From Trichormus sp. ATA11-4-KO1 (GTDB lineage Bacteria; Cyanobacteriota; Cyanobacteriia; Cyanobacteriales; Nostocaceae), in assembly GCA_019358915.1 (NCBI GenBank), contig JAHHIM010000055.1, positions 340,904 through 404,903 of the forward strand: a DNA stretch of 64,000 bases. Reading direction: 5' to 3'. Below are positions 39,712-51,269 of the stretch, in pieces (the first letter of the stretch is position 1; every line of letters begins with the position of its first letter). Under the pieces are notes generated by a model. The model had not been told where the DNA came from. It worked only from the letters and a program-made list of their open reading frames with translations, and ran no database searches. Made by a program: the position numbers and the translations under genes.

Positions 39712-39917
39712 CTTACACCTCCATTTGTTGATATCTCTACTTTCATTGTCCCTCAAAAATCGCTACACCATTAATTAGATAGCATTTATCAAGTAAATCT
39801 TAACGGTGTAGGGTGTAGGTACTTTAATGGTGTTCCCTCTCATCTTTAGATGACTTTTGTTATGCAGCCCGATGTTTCTCACTTATGACGGTTTTTAATG
39901 CTGGTGCTAGATATAAC

Positions 39918-40823
39918 TTAATTATTGCCACCAATTAAGTATACATAAGAACCCAAATTTTCATCGTCTGTACCAACAATTACACCACCTGCGGCACCTG
40001 TTACAAGTTCCATACCTTCAATTTTATGGTAGTTAGAACGATAGAGGGGAACAAGTTGAGTATTCTGCTGCCATGCTAATTTGTTACCGCGAAATCCTAA
40101 GTAACCAGCGACATACACAGCCGACTGGAATGGGCCATTATCTCCAGCATCACTGGCTGAGGTAATATACACAATTCCAACCGAGTCTACTTTCAAATCA
40201 GAAATATGACGCACACTTGCCGATGGAAATGGTACTTTCAAACTCACTGAACCTGCCAGATTAATTTGATATTTAGTTAAATCAAGTATTCCCCAATAAA
40301 TAGTAGCAGGCTGTTCTCCAGCACCTCGATGCGCCCAGATAGCAGCTAATTTACCATCTATTTCTTGCAAACCAAATGCCTCAAAATTGCTACCCTGTGG
40401 AACTTCTGGTAAATCAAATTTTTTAATAACTGAAATATTTTTGTTAGCAGCATTTAATTTAATTTCATAAGCTCTTCCGGAACTACTTAAGGCTAAAAAA
40501 GTTTTTTTCCTAGGAACGGATGTTAAACCCTCTAAATCAATAGGTAATTCTGTATTTTGTTGCCATTTCACACGGGAATATTCAGGCTGCTGCTTTCCTT
40601 TAATACTAACAATCGCTAGACGGTCTTCATCTTGCTTTTTGTTGTCATGGACAATCAAAAAATCTAAATTATTACCTTGTTGCTCTACCAAAGCCATCCC
40701 GCTAATCCCAAAAGGAATACCACCACGCACTGGTAGCCAATCTTGCGCCCAAGTTCTCTGGGATATAAGTAAAAATGCACCCAAGACAACTATACTAATG
40801 ATTAATCTAAGAAACCGAGGCAT
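39918..40823 (-). CDS. Hypothetical secreted beta-rich protein
   Basis: Signal peptide; repeated ISGM/DLEGL/NFEAF/ISDL/KIEGM blades suggest a beta-propeller. Confidence 0.8.
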   Translation of the reverse strand: MPRFLRLIISIVVLGAFLLISQRTWAQDWLPVRGGIPFGISGMALVEQQGNNLDFLIVHDNKKQDEDRLAIVSIKGKQQPEYSRVKWQQNTELPIDLEGLTSVPRKKTFLALSSSGRAYEIKLNAANKNISVIKKFDLPEVPQGSNFEAFGLQEIDGKLAAIWAHRGAGEQPATIYWGILDLTKYQINLAGSVSLKVPFPSASVRHISDLKVDSVGIVYITSASDAGDNGPFQSAVYVAGYLGFRGNKLAWQQNTQLVPLYRSNYHKIEGMELVTGAAGGVIVGTDDENLGSYVYLIGGNN

Positions 40824-40942
40824 ATTTTAAGTATTGGGAAGAAAGAGTGTATTATCTGATGCTCAATCATATCAAATCCCAGCGATCGCTCCAGAATTCT
40901 CAAATTTTTGATTGGCTAATTTCGTTCAACATCTTTAGCAAG

Positions 40943-41623
40943 ATGACATTGCAAAACACAGATGATCAAATACCACAACTAAAAGCGCTGACTCAAGAAA
41001 GCCTAACCTGTGGTTTGCAGGTGCTGGCCAATCTTGACAGTGATTTAGCTCGCATTTTAGACACACTGGGGCCTCCAGCAATGTGGGAAAGAGAGGCGGG
41101 TTTTCCCACATTACTCCGGATAATTTTGGAACAGCAAGTTTCTTTAGCGGCTGCGAAAGCCGTATTTACTCGGCTATGTGCAGTTGTTGTATCACTAACG
41201 CCAGAAAATTTTTTGCAGCTTGACAATGTGCAATTAAAAGGTATTGGATTTAGTCGGCAAAAGATGCTTTATTGTCAGAGACTGGCAGATGCAATAGTAA
41301 ATAATCAGCTTGATTTAACCAAGTTAGGAAAAATGGATGAAACTGCTATTAGAACTGAGCTAAAACGCATCAAAGGTATCGGAGATTGGACGGTCGATAT
41401 TTATTTATTAATGGCGCTACAACGTCCTGATGTTTTTCCCAAAGGCGATTTAGGAGTAGCGATCGCCATCCAGAATATCAAAGGATTGGCAACACGTCCC
41501 ACACCAGCACAACTGGAAGTAATTGCTGAGAAATGGCGACCGTGGCGTGCAGTCGCGACGAGAATTTTATGGCATTACTACTTAAGTAATGCCAATAATA
41601 AATCGGTTACAGTTTACCTGTAA
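40943..41623 (+). CDS. DNA-3-methyladenine glycosylase II (AlkA-like, HhH-GPD)
   Basis: [35 protein letters not shown]. Confidence 0.9.
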   Translation: MTLQNTDDQIPQLKALTQESLTCGLQVLANLDSDLARILDTLGPPAMWEREAGFPTLLRIILEQQVSLAAAKAVFTRLCAVVVSLTPENFLQLDNVQLKGIGFSRQKMLYCQRLADAIVNNQLDLTKLGKMDETAIRTELKRIKGIGDWTVDIYLLMALQRPDVFPKGDLGVAIAIQNIKGLATRPTPAQLEVIAEKWRPWRAVATRILWHYYLSNANNKSVTVYL

Positions 41624-42464
41624 ACACCTTTTCAGCCGGGCCAGTCATGTAAACTCGTTGGTCTAATTCTGACCATTCAATTTGCAAAGAACCACCAGGT
41701 AATTCTACAGTTGCGGCGCGATCGCATTTTCCAGTCAGCACACCAGCCACCAAGGCAGCACACGCACCAGTACCACAAGCTAATGTGATACCCGCGCCTC
41801 GTTCCCATACCCGCATTTTCAAGTAGTCTCGACTAACTAATTGAATAAATTCAGTATTTGTGCGTTGGGGAAAAACCGGGTGATGCTCAAACTGAGGGCC
41901 GACACTTTCCAGAGGAATCGCCGCTACATCTTCCACAAAGGTAATACAGTGAGGATTACCCATACTCACACAGGTAACATCCCAAGTTTGTCCCGCCACC
42001 GCTAAAGGCTGATTAATCACTTTTGCATCAGGTGAACCAAGGGTAGTCGGAATTTCCCCAGCCAGTAACCTAGGTAAACCCATATCCACCTTTACTTGAC
42101 CATCGGGCATGATCTGAGGGGTCATCACACCAGCCAAAGTATGAATGCGATAGGTAATTAAAGGTTGAGAAGATTCTTGATTAGTCTCCAGTTTCTCTAA
42201 ATCTGCCAAAAAACCAGCTAAACAACGAATGCCATTACCACACATTTCCGGTTCTGAGCCATCGGAGTTGAAAATCCGCATAGTGTAGTCAGTACCGTTT
42301 TCTCCGGGTAAGGCAAAAATCACACCATCAGCACCGATGCCAAAATGGCGATCGCACAACTTGACTGCTTGCTCTGGAGTCAGCACAGGTAATGATGACA
42401 AGCGATTGTCAATTAAAATGAAGTCATTTCCCAGACCGTGATACTTAGTAAATTCGATTGCCAT
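41607..42464 (-). CDS. dapF: Diaminopimelate epimerase
   Basis: [37 protein letters not shown]. Confidence 0.97.
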   Translation of the reverse strand: MAIEFTKYHGLGNDFILIDNRLSSLPVLTPEQAVKLCDRHFGIGADGVIFALPGENGTDYTMRIFNSDGSEPEMCGNGIRCLAGFLADLEKLETNQESSQPLITYRIHTLAGVMTPQIMPDGQVKVDMGLPRLLAGEIPTTLGSPDAKVINQPLAVAGQTWDVTCVSMGNPHCITFVEDVAAIPLESVGPQFEHHPVFPQRTNTEFIQLVSRDYLKMRVWERGAGITLACGTGACAALVAGVLTGKCDRAATVELPGGSLQIEWSELDQRVYMTGPAEKVFTGKL

Positions 42465-42571
42465 TTTCCCTACGATGAATTATTAATGATTAGGTATTGG
42501 GTATCGGGTATTAGGTCTTAAATATCTCCCAGTCCCCAGTCCCTACTCCCCTAATACATCATTAACTAAAA

Positions 42572-42787
42572 ATGCCTACAACTGAATTTGATACATCACT
42601 ACCTAGCATCAGGCAACTGCAAGACCTGATTAAACAAACAGCAGTAGTAGAATTCAAACTGGTAACAGGTGATCTGCTAACAGGTAAAGTTTCTTGGCAA
42701 GATCCTAATTGCGTGTGTATTGTCGATGATCATAGTCAGCAAACCACAATTTGGAAACATGCGATCGCCTACTTTAAAAAGTGCTGA
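42572..42787 (+). CDS. hfq: Cyanobacterial Hfq-like Sm protein
   Basis: LPSIRQLQ..KLVTGD..GKVSWQD...IWKHAIAY; divergent from dapF. Confidence 0.88.
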   Translation: MPTTEFDTSLPSIRQLQDLIKQTAVVEFKLVTGDLLTGKVSWQDPNCVCIVDDHSQQTTIWKHAIAYFKKC

Positions 42788-42828
42788 GTGCCAAGTGGGG
42801 AGTGAAATTCTCTCCCTGACTTTAATCC

Positions 42829-45450
42829 TTAGGCAACCACAAAATTCACCAACTTCCCAGGAACCACAATCACTTTTTTAATCTCTTTACCCTCAATGTG
42901 GCGCTGGACAACTTCTGATTCACGGGCGTACTTTTCCAACTCGGCTTTATCTGCTTGTGCAGGAACTGGAATATCTGCACGCTTCTTGCCGTTAACCTGA
43001 ATTACTAAAGTAATTTCATCAGCTACTAAGGCAGCAGAATCAAATGATGGCCAAGTTTGAGTATGGACTGAATTACTGTTGCCCAATAAATGCCACAATT
43101 CATCAGCAATATGTGGTGCAAAGGGAGCCAACATCATCACTAAAATCTGAATACCTTCGGCATAAATTGGTGAATTTTTGCAGTCGGCATCAGTTATGGC
43201 ATTACTCAACTTCATCAATTCTGAAACAGCTGTATTAAATTGATATTCGTCCTCTAAGTCTTCTGTAACTGCTTGAATAGCAGTGTGAATCGCCCGGCGT
43301 AATTCCTTTTCTGGCTTACTTAAATCAGCAAGTTGGGCTTTTTTTCGGGATACTCCAGCCGCAACATAATCTGTTACCAAGCGCCATACCCGATTTAAAA
43401 AGCGGAACTGTCCTTCCACATCTGCTTCATCCCATTCCAGGTCTTTTTCTGGTGGTGCTTTGAACAAGATGAACATCCGTGCTGTATCTACACCATATTT
43501 GCTAATTACGTCTTCTGGTGCGACACCATTCCCTTTTGACTTGGACATGGTGGCATAAAGGCGTTGTAGTGGTTCACCTGTTTCGGGATCGCGGGGGTCG
43601 GAGGGATTAACTAGATTCGAGGGAACCCACTTATCTTTACCGCCCTTATTGGGATTCATGTAAGTTAGACCCTGTACCATGCCTTGAGTCAACAAACGCA
43701 GGAAGGGTTCATCAAAGTTCAATAAGCCTCTATCTCGCAAGACTTTAGTAAAGAATCGCGAATACAATAAGTGTAAAATGGCGTGTTCAATTCCACCCAC
43801 ATACTGGTCTACTGGCATCCAGTCATTAGTTTTCGCTGGGTCGAACACTTGTTGCTCATTCTTGGCATCAGGATATCGCAAGAAATACCACGAAGAGTCA
43901 ATAAAGGTATCCATTGTATCGGTTTCCCGTTTAGCAGGAGTGCCGCAAGTTGGACAAGGTACATTCACCCAGCTTTCTAACTGAGATAACGGTGAACCAC
44001 CACGTCCACTAAGTTCCACCTCCTCTGGTAACTCTACAGGTAAATCTTCGTCAGGAACTGGCACTATGCCACAATTAGGACAATGAATTACTGGTATCGG
44101 TGCGCCCCAGTAACGTTGTCGGGAAATCAACCAATCCCGCAGGCGATATTGTATCCGCAATTTACCAAAATTTTGCTCCTCGGCATATTTAACTATAGCT
44201 TCCTTGGCATCTGTGGAAGTCATGCCAGTAAAAGACCCAGAATTAATTAAAATACCTGGTTCAGTATATGCCTCGTTGTAGTCAACTTTGATTAGTTTTG
44301 TGACTTCATCAATTTCTGATGTTGGCGTTAAGTCAAAATCTGCGACATCTTCTGGAGACGCGATCACAAACTCAATTGGTAAATCATAAACCTGAGCAAA
44401 TTTAAAATCTCGCACATCATGAGCAGGTACACCCATGACTGCCCCAGTACCATATTCATACAGTACATAATCGGCAATCCAGATGGGTACTTCTTCCCCA
44501 GTAAACGGGTTGATTACTTTACCACCAGTGGGAATGCCACGCTTAAGTTTATCTTCAGCAGTACGTTCCAACTCACTTTGTTGGGAAACTTCTCGAATAA
44601 AGGCTTCGACTGCTGTTTTTTGTTCTTTGGTGGTAACTAGCTTGGTTAGGGGGTGTTCTGGTGCTAATACTACATAGCTGACACCATAAACTGTATCGGG
44701 GCGTGTAGTATAAACAGCAATTTTTTCATCCATCCCCACAATGGGAAATTCTAAATACGCGCCTGTGGATTTGCCAATCCAATTAGCCTGCATCAACTTG
44801 ACGCGTTCCGGCCAACCTGTTAATTTATCCAGGTCATTCAGCAATTCTTCGGCGTAGTCGGTAATCTTCAAAAACCACTGCCGCAACAGCTTGCGCTCAA
44901 CTTTTGCCCCACTGCGCCAAGAACGTCCTTCGTTATCAACTTGCTCGTTGGCTAGTACAGTTTGGTCAATGGGGTCCCAGTTGACTGCTGCTTCTTTTTG
45001 ATAAGCTAATCCAGCTTGCCAGAACTGTAAGAAAATCCATTGCGTCCACTTGTAATAATCTGGTGAACAGGTGGCAACTTCACTTTCCCAGTCAATGGAT
45101 AAACCTAGACGCTGCAACTGCTGCCGCATTTGGGCAATATTTTGATAAGTCCACTTAGCTGGCGGTACTCCTCGGTCAATGGCGGCGTTTTCTGCTGGCA
45201 AGCCAAAGGCATCCCAACCCATCGGGTGCAGTACCCTATACCCTTGCATGCGCTTGAGGCGGGCAATCACATCAGTAATTGTGTAATTACGGACGTGACC
45301 CATGTGCAGGCTGCCCGATGGATAAGGGAACATGGAAAGAGCATAGAATTTTGGCTGATTGCTATCTCTTGGTGTCTGATCTAAGCCAATTTCTGACCAT
45401 GTTTTTTGCCATTTTTCCTCAGTTGCTTCTGGGTTATATCGGGAATCCAC
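42829..45450 (-). CDS. leuS: Leucine--tRNA ligase
   Basis: MFPYPSG.LHMGH, CP1 editing domain ([12 protein letters not shown]), TMSKS. Confidence 0.98.
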   Translation of the reverse strand: MDSRYNPEATEEKWQKTWSEIGLDQTPRDSNQPKFYALSMFPYPSGSLHMGHVRNYTITDVIARLKRMQGYRVLHPMGWDAFGLPAENAAIDRGVPPAKWTYQNIAQMRQQLQRLGLSIDWESEVATCSPDYYKWTQWIFLQFWQAGLAYQKEAAVNWDPIDQTVLANEQVDNEGRSWRSGAKVERKLLRQWFLKITDYAEELLNDLDKLTGWPERVKLMQANWIGKSTGAYLEFPIVGMDEKIAVYTTRPDTVYGVSYVVLAPEHPLTKLVTTKEQKTAVEAFIREVSQQSELERTAEDKLKRGIPTGGKVINPFTGEEVPIWIADYVLYEYGTGAVMGVPAHDVRDFKFAQVYDLPIEFVIASPEDVADFDLTPTSEIDEVTKLIKVDYNEAYTEPGILINSGSFTGMTSTDAKEAIVKYAEEQNFGKLRIQYRLRDWLISRQRYWGAPIPVIHCPNCGIVPVPDEDLPVELPEEVELSGRGGSPLSQLESWVNVPCPTCGTPAKRETDTMDTFIDSSWYFLRYPDAKNEQQVFDPAKTNDWMPVDQYVGGIEHAILHLLYSRFFTKVLRDRGLLNFDEPFLRLLTQGMVQGLTYMNPNKGGKDKWVPSNLVNPSDPRDPETGEPLQRLYATMSKSKGNGVAPEDVISKYGVDTARMFILFKAPPEKDLEWDEADVEGQFRFLNRVWRLVTDYVAAGVSRKKAQLADLSKPEKELRRAIHTAIQAVTEDLEDEYQFNTAVSELMKLSNAITDADCKNSPIYAEGIQILVMMLAPFAPHIADELWHLLGNSNSVHTQTWPSFDSAALVADEITLVIQVNGKKRADIPVPAQADKAELEKYARESEVVQRHIEGKEIKKVIVVPGKLVNFVVA

Positions 45451-45535
45451 CGAAAATGCTCCTACTGGACTGTAATCGTGTCTGCCTTCATATTGTAGAT
45501 GCTAGGCACTATAATTAGGTTGGTTAAAAATCGAG

Positions 45536-45961
45536 ATGACTAAATTAATAAAAGCAAAATTTCCTGGTTTGGTGCGAGTTTTTGTGTACGGTACGCTCAA
45601 ACCAGGTGAAGCTAATTATCAAAAATATTGTGCCGGCAAGGTAAGGAATGCCAAAAGAGCAGTTGTGCTTGGCAGACTCTTTACTTTGCCCATGGGTTAC
45701 CCAGCGATGACACCTGGAGAAGACTCTGTTCACGGATATTTGCTTTCCTTTGCCGACTTAGGGATTTTGGATGCCCTGGACGAGTTGGAAGATTACCAAC
45801 CTGCTAGACAAATGTCAGAAAATCTTTACTATCGTCAGCAGGTGGAAATATATAATTTACAAGGACTATCTCTCGGTGACGCTTGGGCTTATTTAATGGC
45901 TCCAGAGCAAGTTTACCAACTACAAGGTTTACCCCAATTAGATGGCTGGTGGAGCAGATGA
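45536..45961 (+). CDS. Gamma-glutamylcyclotransferase (AIG2-like)
   Basis: VFVYGTLKPG, LDELED..YYR. Confidence 0.88.
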   Translation: MTKLIKAKFPGLVRVFVYGTLKPGEANYQKYCAGKVRNAKRAVVLGRLFTLPMGYPAMTPGEDSVHGYLLSFADLGILDALDELEDYQPARQMSENLYYRQQVEIYNLQGLSLGDAWAYLMAPEQVYQLQGLPQLDGWWSR

Positions 45962-45968
45962 GTGGTAA

Positions 45969-46583
45969 TTAATTGATGTTCGGTTCGATTTCCCCTGGTA
46001 GAGGCTGATCCAGATTAACTGAGTTTTCTGGAGCGGCTATTGCTGCTTTGGGAATTTCGATTACCGGGTTATTTAAGGCCACCATGAGGGGAGATGTTGA
46101 AACTACAGGCATTTTTGTACCTTGGGTAGGCTCTACTGGTTGCTGGGCTAGTTGCGGTGTTCTTAATTCACCACCTGGTAGCAAGCCAGATACAGCACCG
46201 ATCACACAAGCAGCTATGGCGGCTCCTCCAAACGCCCACATGGGACGAGAACGGCGGCGTACACGCTTTAATACTTGCTGGGCTGTTACTTCTGGCGGAT
46301 GTTGGGCTGCTGGTACTGGGAAAGTCCGCAAGCCTTGCCTTAGCTTTAATAGTCTGGTATACAGGCATTGAACTGAGGCATCGTTTGCCAACCATTCTTC
46401 TACTTGCCTGCGTTCGGCGGCTGTGACCTCTCCATCGAGGTAAGCACTTAATAACTCGAAGCGATCGCGCTTCACCATATCCATAGCACCCGTTGATTCA
46501 TTGGTATGCTGGCCCATCCCTGCTGATAAATCTTGAGAATTTTGCCAAGGGTAACGGTCATAAAACGGAGAATCAGTAGTCAT
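45969..46583 (-). CDS. Transmembrane anti-sigma factor for SigG
   Basis: FELLSAYLDGEV..ER..VEEWL, single TM; downstream of the ECF sigma. Confidence 0.85.
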   Translation of the reverse strand: MTTDSPFYDRYPWQNSQDLSAGMGQHTNESTGAMDMVKRDRFELLSAYLDGEVTAAERRQVEEWLANDASVQCLYTRLLKLRQGLRTFPVPAAQHPPEVTAQQVLKRVRRRSRPMWAFGGAAIAACVIGAVSGLLPGGELRTPQLAQQPVEPTQGTKMPVVSTSPLMVALNNPVIEIPKAAIAAPENSVNLDQPLPGEIEPNIN

Positions 46584-46740
46584 CTTAGCATTATTACCAA
46601 TTCATATGCGGGTAAACACAGCGAGAAATCCTGATAAATTTACCAATTTTTCTCTTGATGGCAGCAGAACTCTTCAGTAACATTACAATTCTTAAACAGT
46701 CTTTAAATTCTGCCTTGAGGTAAAGGCAAGATTTTGTAAA

Positions 46741-47397
46741 TTAGGCATCTAGATAATTTTGCAACTGAGTTTGCAATCTGGATCTAGCTCTGGCGATTCT
46801 GGACTTGACTGTTCCCAAGGAAACACCGGTGATTTCGGCAATTTCTTCATATGCCATCCCCTCGATTTCTCTGAGAACAATTGTAGTGCGAAACACCTCT
46901 GGTAAATCCGCGATCGCCTCCCGCAGCTGCTCGTAAAACTCTCTAGTTGTCAATTCTTCTTCTGGGCCTGGAGTATCTCCAGCAATTTCCCAATCCATCT
47001 CGCCGTCGTCTACTGAGCGGGGAGCATCCAGTGATAAAGGACTGGCAACCCGTTTGCGTTTGCGTAACTCGTCGTAAAACAAGTTGGTAGCAATCCGGCT
47101 TAACCAACCCCGAAACTTGGCTGGTTCTTGTAATCGGTTAATATTCCGATACACACGAATCCAAACTTCTTGAGCCAAATCGGCTCTGTCAGGCCAATCT
47201 GGAGCTAGGTGGTATAAGACTCGATCAACTTGAGTCTGATAACGGCGCAGTAGCTCTGCAAACGCAGCACGATCTGGACGCAGTCCTGTTTGACAGCGCA
47301 AAATTAAATCGTGATTAGAGAGTTTGTCAACTTGCACCGATGCTTCTGGATACCTTGCATCAACCGTTGACCAGGATACAGTAATCGATTGGCTCAT
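46741..47397 (-). CDS. sigG: ECF RNA polymerase sigma factor SigG
   Basis: DLAQEVWIRVYR, FRGWLSRIATN, YEEIAEITGVSLGTVKSRIARAR; anti-sigma downstream. Confidence 0.88.
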   Translation of the reverse strand: MSQSITVSWSTVDARYPEASVQVDKLSNHDLILRCQTGLRPDRAAFAELLRRYQTQVDRVLYHLAPDWPDRADLAQEVWIRVYRNINRLQEPAKFRGWLSRIATNLFYDELRKRKRVASPLSLDAPRSVDDGEMDWEIAGDTPGPEEELTTREFYEQLREAIADLPEVFRTTIVLREIEGMAYEEIAEITGVSLGTVKSRIARARSRLQTQLQNYLDA

Positions 47398-47429
47398 AGA
47401 TCGTACTGAACTTTAAACATCCCTATCTA

Positions 47430-47457
47430 TTAGACCTGCTAATTGGTACGATGTTCC
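47430..47457 (-). promoter_or_regulatory. ECF-type autoregulatory promoter of sigG
   Basis: Minus strand GGAAC-N17-GTCTAA just upstream of the sigG start. Confidence 0.7.
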
Positions 47458-47701
47458 TGGTGCAGTGACGGATTTATGACTGGTACATTCAAGTATATAA
47501 AGTTAGCGACATTACTAGCTATAGTCACAGTCATTTTTGCCCACTAGTAGTTGCATAGTTAACTTTATAGCCATTATTTATCCCTCAACAAGGCATAGAG
47601 ATTTTACGTATAACTGTGCAAACAAAATTATCTGACCACCTACAATTGACCAATAACATTATATGTGCTTATAAAAATAAGAGAGCAGCTAGAAAAGCAT
47701 G

Positions 47702-47785
47702 TATAGCAGGGGACAGGTTTGCAAGTCTCTTGGGGTCAGGGTTTGATAATTAGTTTATGTCCTAATCTATGTAGCAACGGCTAGA
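47702..47785. mobile_element. MITE, inverted relative of 38059-38156
   Basis: TATAGCAGGGGACAGG left end and AGGGTTTGATAATTAGTTTATGTCCTAA core. Confidence 0.7.
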
Positions 47786-48039
47786 ACAAGAGGCGCTTTG
47801 CGCCTCTTGTTCTAAAACACCAATTCATCAAACTGAGAAACTGGCTTATTTGCGGTTGCATGAACACAATTTCAGGTTTCTGGCAGACAAAAACCCGATT
47901 TTTTAGCCTGAATATTGAGATTTTTAATTGGTTTGGTGTTTTAGAAGTCGCCAGAGTTTTGTAGATGCTTAGCGGACTCTTCAAAGGTAGGGTAAAATTT
48001 CACTGTTGCTAAAATGGGCAGATGTAGCGACTAAAGAGG

Positions 48040-48192
48040 TTATTTTTCCGGTTTTTTTACCAGAATTGTGATTGATGGTTCTGTGTTTTGCGGATCATGA
48101 ATACCAGTATTAGTTGAATGAGGTACGCGGACTTGAAGAAACAAATTCAGGGAAAATGTAATTGTGACTGCTAGCAATAGTTTTTCAAACAT
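48040..48192 (-). CDS. 50-aa small membrane or secreted protein
   Basis: MFEKLLLAVTITFSLNLF; similar to 23485-23640. Confidence 0.65.
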   Translation of the reverse strand: MFEKLLLAVTITFSLNLFLQVRVPHSTNTGIHDPQNTEPSITILVKKPEK

Positions 48193-48410
48193 GGTTTTTC
48201 TCACACCCACACCATTAATGATTGATTGCTGCACTTGGAGTGTTCCTGGAAATGAAATTTCTTGCCAAGATGTCCTGATAATTTTAGTTTGCCCAGGAGC
48301 ATCAGCAGAGTTATAAGAGAACAGATAAGTAATTATAAATTCTTGATAATCTTGGATGTACTCATCATCCAAATTAATCCACTGGATATGTCAGGGATAA
48401 ACAATAGGCG

Positions 48411-49163
48411 ATGGCAATGATAAGAAATGAATCTGTAGCGCGCATAGTCATGTTTCTCTGTTTTGGCACAGCCCTCTTATCGCTAGCTGTCCATTGGCGG
48501 ATTAAGGCAACCCAAGGGCAGTTTGAGCAACCAGCTACCGCCGCAGGAAAACGCCCTGAGGAGATTTATGGAGTTTTGGGGGAAACCGCTCTTGGCGCGT
48601 CTACACCTGCGGGCGAATTCACTCCCCAGAAAGCTGCCCGGAGGACTGCTTTACCAACTTTTTCGGGTATAGTCAGCCAAATTCCAGCTGGGTCTACTGA
48701 ATTGTCCCAAAAGATGCGGTCAGTATTTCCCAGACAAGCAGAGAATTCCAAGGCTTTAACTCAACAAAAATTAACTAAGACAGAAGTTGTAGTGAATTTA
48801 AGCGATCGCCGCACCTATGTTTACATGGGAGATGAGGTCATAGCCAGTTACCCTATTGCTGTAGGTAAGAAGGGTTGGGAAACACCCACAGGTTCATTCC
48901 GCGTGACGCACATGCAACACGATCCCATTTGGCGCCACCCAATTACTGGCAAAGTTTTTCCATCTGGTGCTGATAGTCCTTTAGGAGAGCGATGGATTGG
49001 TTTTTGGTCAGATGGACGCAATGAAATTGGTTTTCACGGCACGCCAGATACCCACTTATTGGGAGCTGCTATCTCTCACGGCTGCTTAAGAATGCGTAAT
49101 GATGATGTACGTTTATTGTACGAGCAGGTAAAAGTTGGCACTCTGGTGACAGTGCGTGATTAA
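48411..49163 (+). CDS. L,D-transpeptidase (YkuD family)
   Basis: YPIAVGK..ETPTG, IGFHGT..SHGCLRM. Confidence 0.92.
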   Translation: MAMIRNESVARIVMFLCFGTALLSLAVHWRIKATQGQFEQPATAAGKRPEEIYGVLGETALGASTPAGEFTPQKAARRTALPTFSGIVSQIPAGSTELSQKMRSVFPRQAENSKALTQQKLTKTEVVVNLSDRRTYVYMGDEVIASYPIAVGKKGWETPTGSFRVTHMQHDPIWRHPITGKVFPSGADSPLGERWIGFWSDGRNEIGFHGTPDTHLLGAAISHGCLRMRNDDVRLLYEQVKVGTLVTVRD

Positions 49164-49167
49164 TTAG

Positions 49168-49214
49168 TAAATAATCAATAGTCAAGATATAAAATCTTGA
49201 CTATTGATTATTTA
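49168..49214. terminator. Perfect 21-bp-stem hairpin between convergent genes
   Basis: TAAATAATCAATAGTCAAGAT-ATAAA-ATCTTGACTATTGATTATTTA. Confidence 0.7.
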
Positions 49215-49754
49215 AAATTGAGATTTTTGCTCAAAACTCGGTGCGTAGACCTGGAGTAAGTTACTGACTTGGCGCAGAACTTCATTACCAGTATTTTTAG
49301 CTAAGACTGGCGTTCTATTGTCGTTGGGTTGGTCGAGGTTACGGCCTATGGACTCGCTAATTTGCTGGGAAATTAATTCTTGCAGTTCTGCCTTTGCTCG
49401 TAGACGCTGATAGTTAGCACCTTCTTCTGTAGTGGCATATAAGGGTGGCAGGCGGTTGAGGGCGTAAGCAGCTATATCACCCACATCCAAAGAACTTTCG
49501 CTGGTAGCTTCAATTTCTGCTACTCTAGCGATCGCCTCAGTCAGGACTAATTCTTCCATGACGTTAATGAATTGTTTACGAGGTACCGCCACCACCTCAC
49601 CAGTCAATAGCGCTCCCATCAGTCTATCCAGTGCCATATACTCTTCAATTGAGAGTTCCGACGCGTTATCACAGATTCGTCCAACTTCTGCTTCCATTAC
49701 TGGTGTGAGATAACCATCCTGGAGAGCTTGATCTACAATTTTTTCAATACTCAT
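49212..49754 (-). CDS. cdgR: ComFB-domain protein, CdgR-like c-di-GMP receptor
   Basis: NVMEELV..DIAAYALNRLPPLYATT ComFB motif; lies between an M23 peptidase and an L,D-transpeptidase near sigG. Confidence 0.8.
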   Translation of the reverse strand: MSIEKIVDQALQDGYLTPVMEAEVGRICDNASELSIEEYMALDRLMGALLTGEVVAVPRKQFINVMEELVLTEAIARVAEIEATSESSLDVGDIAAYALNRLPPLYATTEEGANYQRLRAKAELQELISQQISESIGRNLDQPNDNRTPVLAKNTGNEVLRQVSNLLQVYAPSFEQKSQF

Positions 49755-49873
49755 AACGCTCATCTTCTTTACGCTAGCCAAGCAAGGTAGGGACGGTATC
49801 AATCCAATTCATTTTGCCTGATTATCGGCAAAAATATTCAAATTATGCACAGACGTCATCAATTCCGTCTCTA

Positions 49874-50800
49874 CTAATCAACTCCATCAAATCTCCAGGG
49901 TACTGGATCAATAGATTGCCCATTGACATATAAACCCCAGTGCAAATGCGGCCCTGTAGAAGCGCCTGTAGAACCTACTGTGCCAACTAATTGACCAGCT
50001 TTAACGAAATCACCTTCTTTGACTTTGATGTCTCTGAGGTGCAGTAAAATACTAGTCACTCCTTGGCCGTGGTCAATGCCAACTGTATTTCCGTGAACCC
50101 GGAAGCCGTCGGATACCCTACCAACCAAAGCAACTATACCAGCAGCTGGGGCAACTACGGATGAACCCGCAGCACCAGCGTAGTCAATGCCACGATGGTA
50201 GTAATCATTTGCAAATTTACCATTATAGTAGCGACGTATACCATAAATTGTCGTAATCCGCCCGGCATTTGGTTTGAGGAGTGCCCCATTCCAATGCTTT
50301 TGCGGCGTTTGTAACGCTTTAAAGGCTGCTACGCGCTGGAGTTCATGTTCTGTAGCTTTTACTCCGGCTTTTCCTGGTGGCAAATTAATGCGTTGTGTGG
50401 GAAAGGTACGATTACGCACACTTACTGCCAAGTTTCTCACCTGACCATTTCCCGAAACCTTTAGTGTTCTAGTTCCAGCTTTATCCAGTGGTGTTGTAGG
50501 AATTAAAGCTCGATACTTGTTCGGGGCAATTGCAAATGCTGGATAAGCATTTTCACCAACAGTCACTGTAGGTTTGCTAGCATTTTCGGGATTATCTACA
50601 TTAATTACCACAGACAACGTATCACCTAATTGAGGATTACTTGGAGTTACCTGTACTTGCAAAGCAGCTACTGGCAAAGACAAGGTGACAATGGGGACAG
50701 ATGCCAAGATACCGATGAACCAGTTTTTTTGATGGCGATTGGGTTTGTAGCCTTTGAAACCAAAAGCGGGCAAATTTTTAGTGTCATTCTCAATAGTCAT
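49874..50800 (-). CDS. M23 family metallopeptidase
   Basis: HRGIDY, GNTVGIDHG, VGSTGASTGPHLHW. Confidence 0.93.
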   Translation of the reverse strand: MTIENDTKNLPAFGFKGYKPNRHQKNWFIGILASVPIVTLSLPVAALQVQVTPSNPQLGDTLSVVINVDNPENASKPTVTVGENAYPAFAIAPNKYRALIPTTPLDKAGTRTLKVSGNGQVRNLAVSVRNRTFPTQRINLPPGKAGVKATEHELQRVAAFKALQTPQKHWNGALLKPNAGRITTIYGIRRYYNGKFANDYYHRGIDYAGAAGSSVVAPAAGIVALVGRVSDGFRVHGNTVGIDHGQGVTSILLHLRDIKVKEGDFVKAGQLVGTVGSTGASTGPHLHWGLYVNGQSIDPVPWRFDGVD

Positions 50801-51093
50801 AAATCTACAAACAATCTCTTACTTCTGTTGACAAACAGACTAGCTTATGGGCATTAGTGTTTCCTAACCGAAGCAGATTTTTGGGAATACAGTATTATGA
50901 TACTCAGCAGTGTCACGAAATGTCCTGGGAACTAAACTATACTAAATGTAATGTATAGCAATACCTGCGCCAAAATATAGAGGTAGTCTAGCTTTTTCTA
51001 AAATAGCCCAACACAAGAGCTATTAGGCATATCCGCAAGTTAACAACAATTCTGTAAACCGCGCTTCCTCTTGAACCCTTATCGTTCTCAATC

Positions 51094-51264
51094 TACCAGC
51101 AACTTTTAGATGAAACTCGCAAAGAACTTGCCTTAAAGCATTTGCAAAATCCCCATACTCCGATTCACGATATCGCTTTTGTGTTGGGGTTCTCTGAAGC
51201 TAGTGCTTTTCACCGCGCTTTTAAAAGATGGACAGGACAAACTCCACGCAATTACCGCTTCTAA
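51094..51264 (+). pseudogene. Remnant of an AraC-family regulator (C-terminal HTH only)
   Basis: YQQLLDETRKELALKHLQNPHTPIHDIAFVLGFSEASAFHRAFKRWTGQTPRNYRF*; in-frame stop at 51055-51057 and no start codon before the homologous segment. Confidence 0.85.
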
Positions 51265-51269
51265 GTTAA

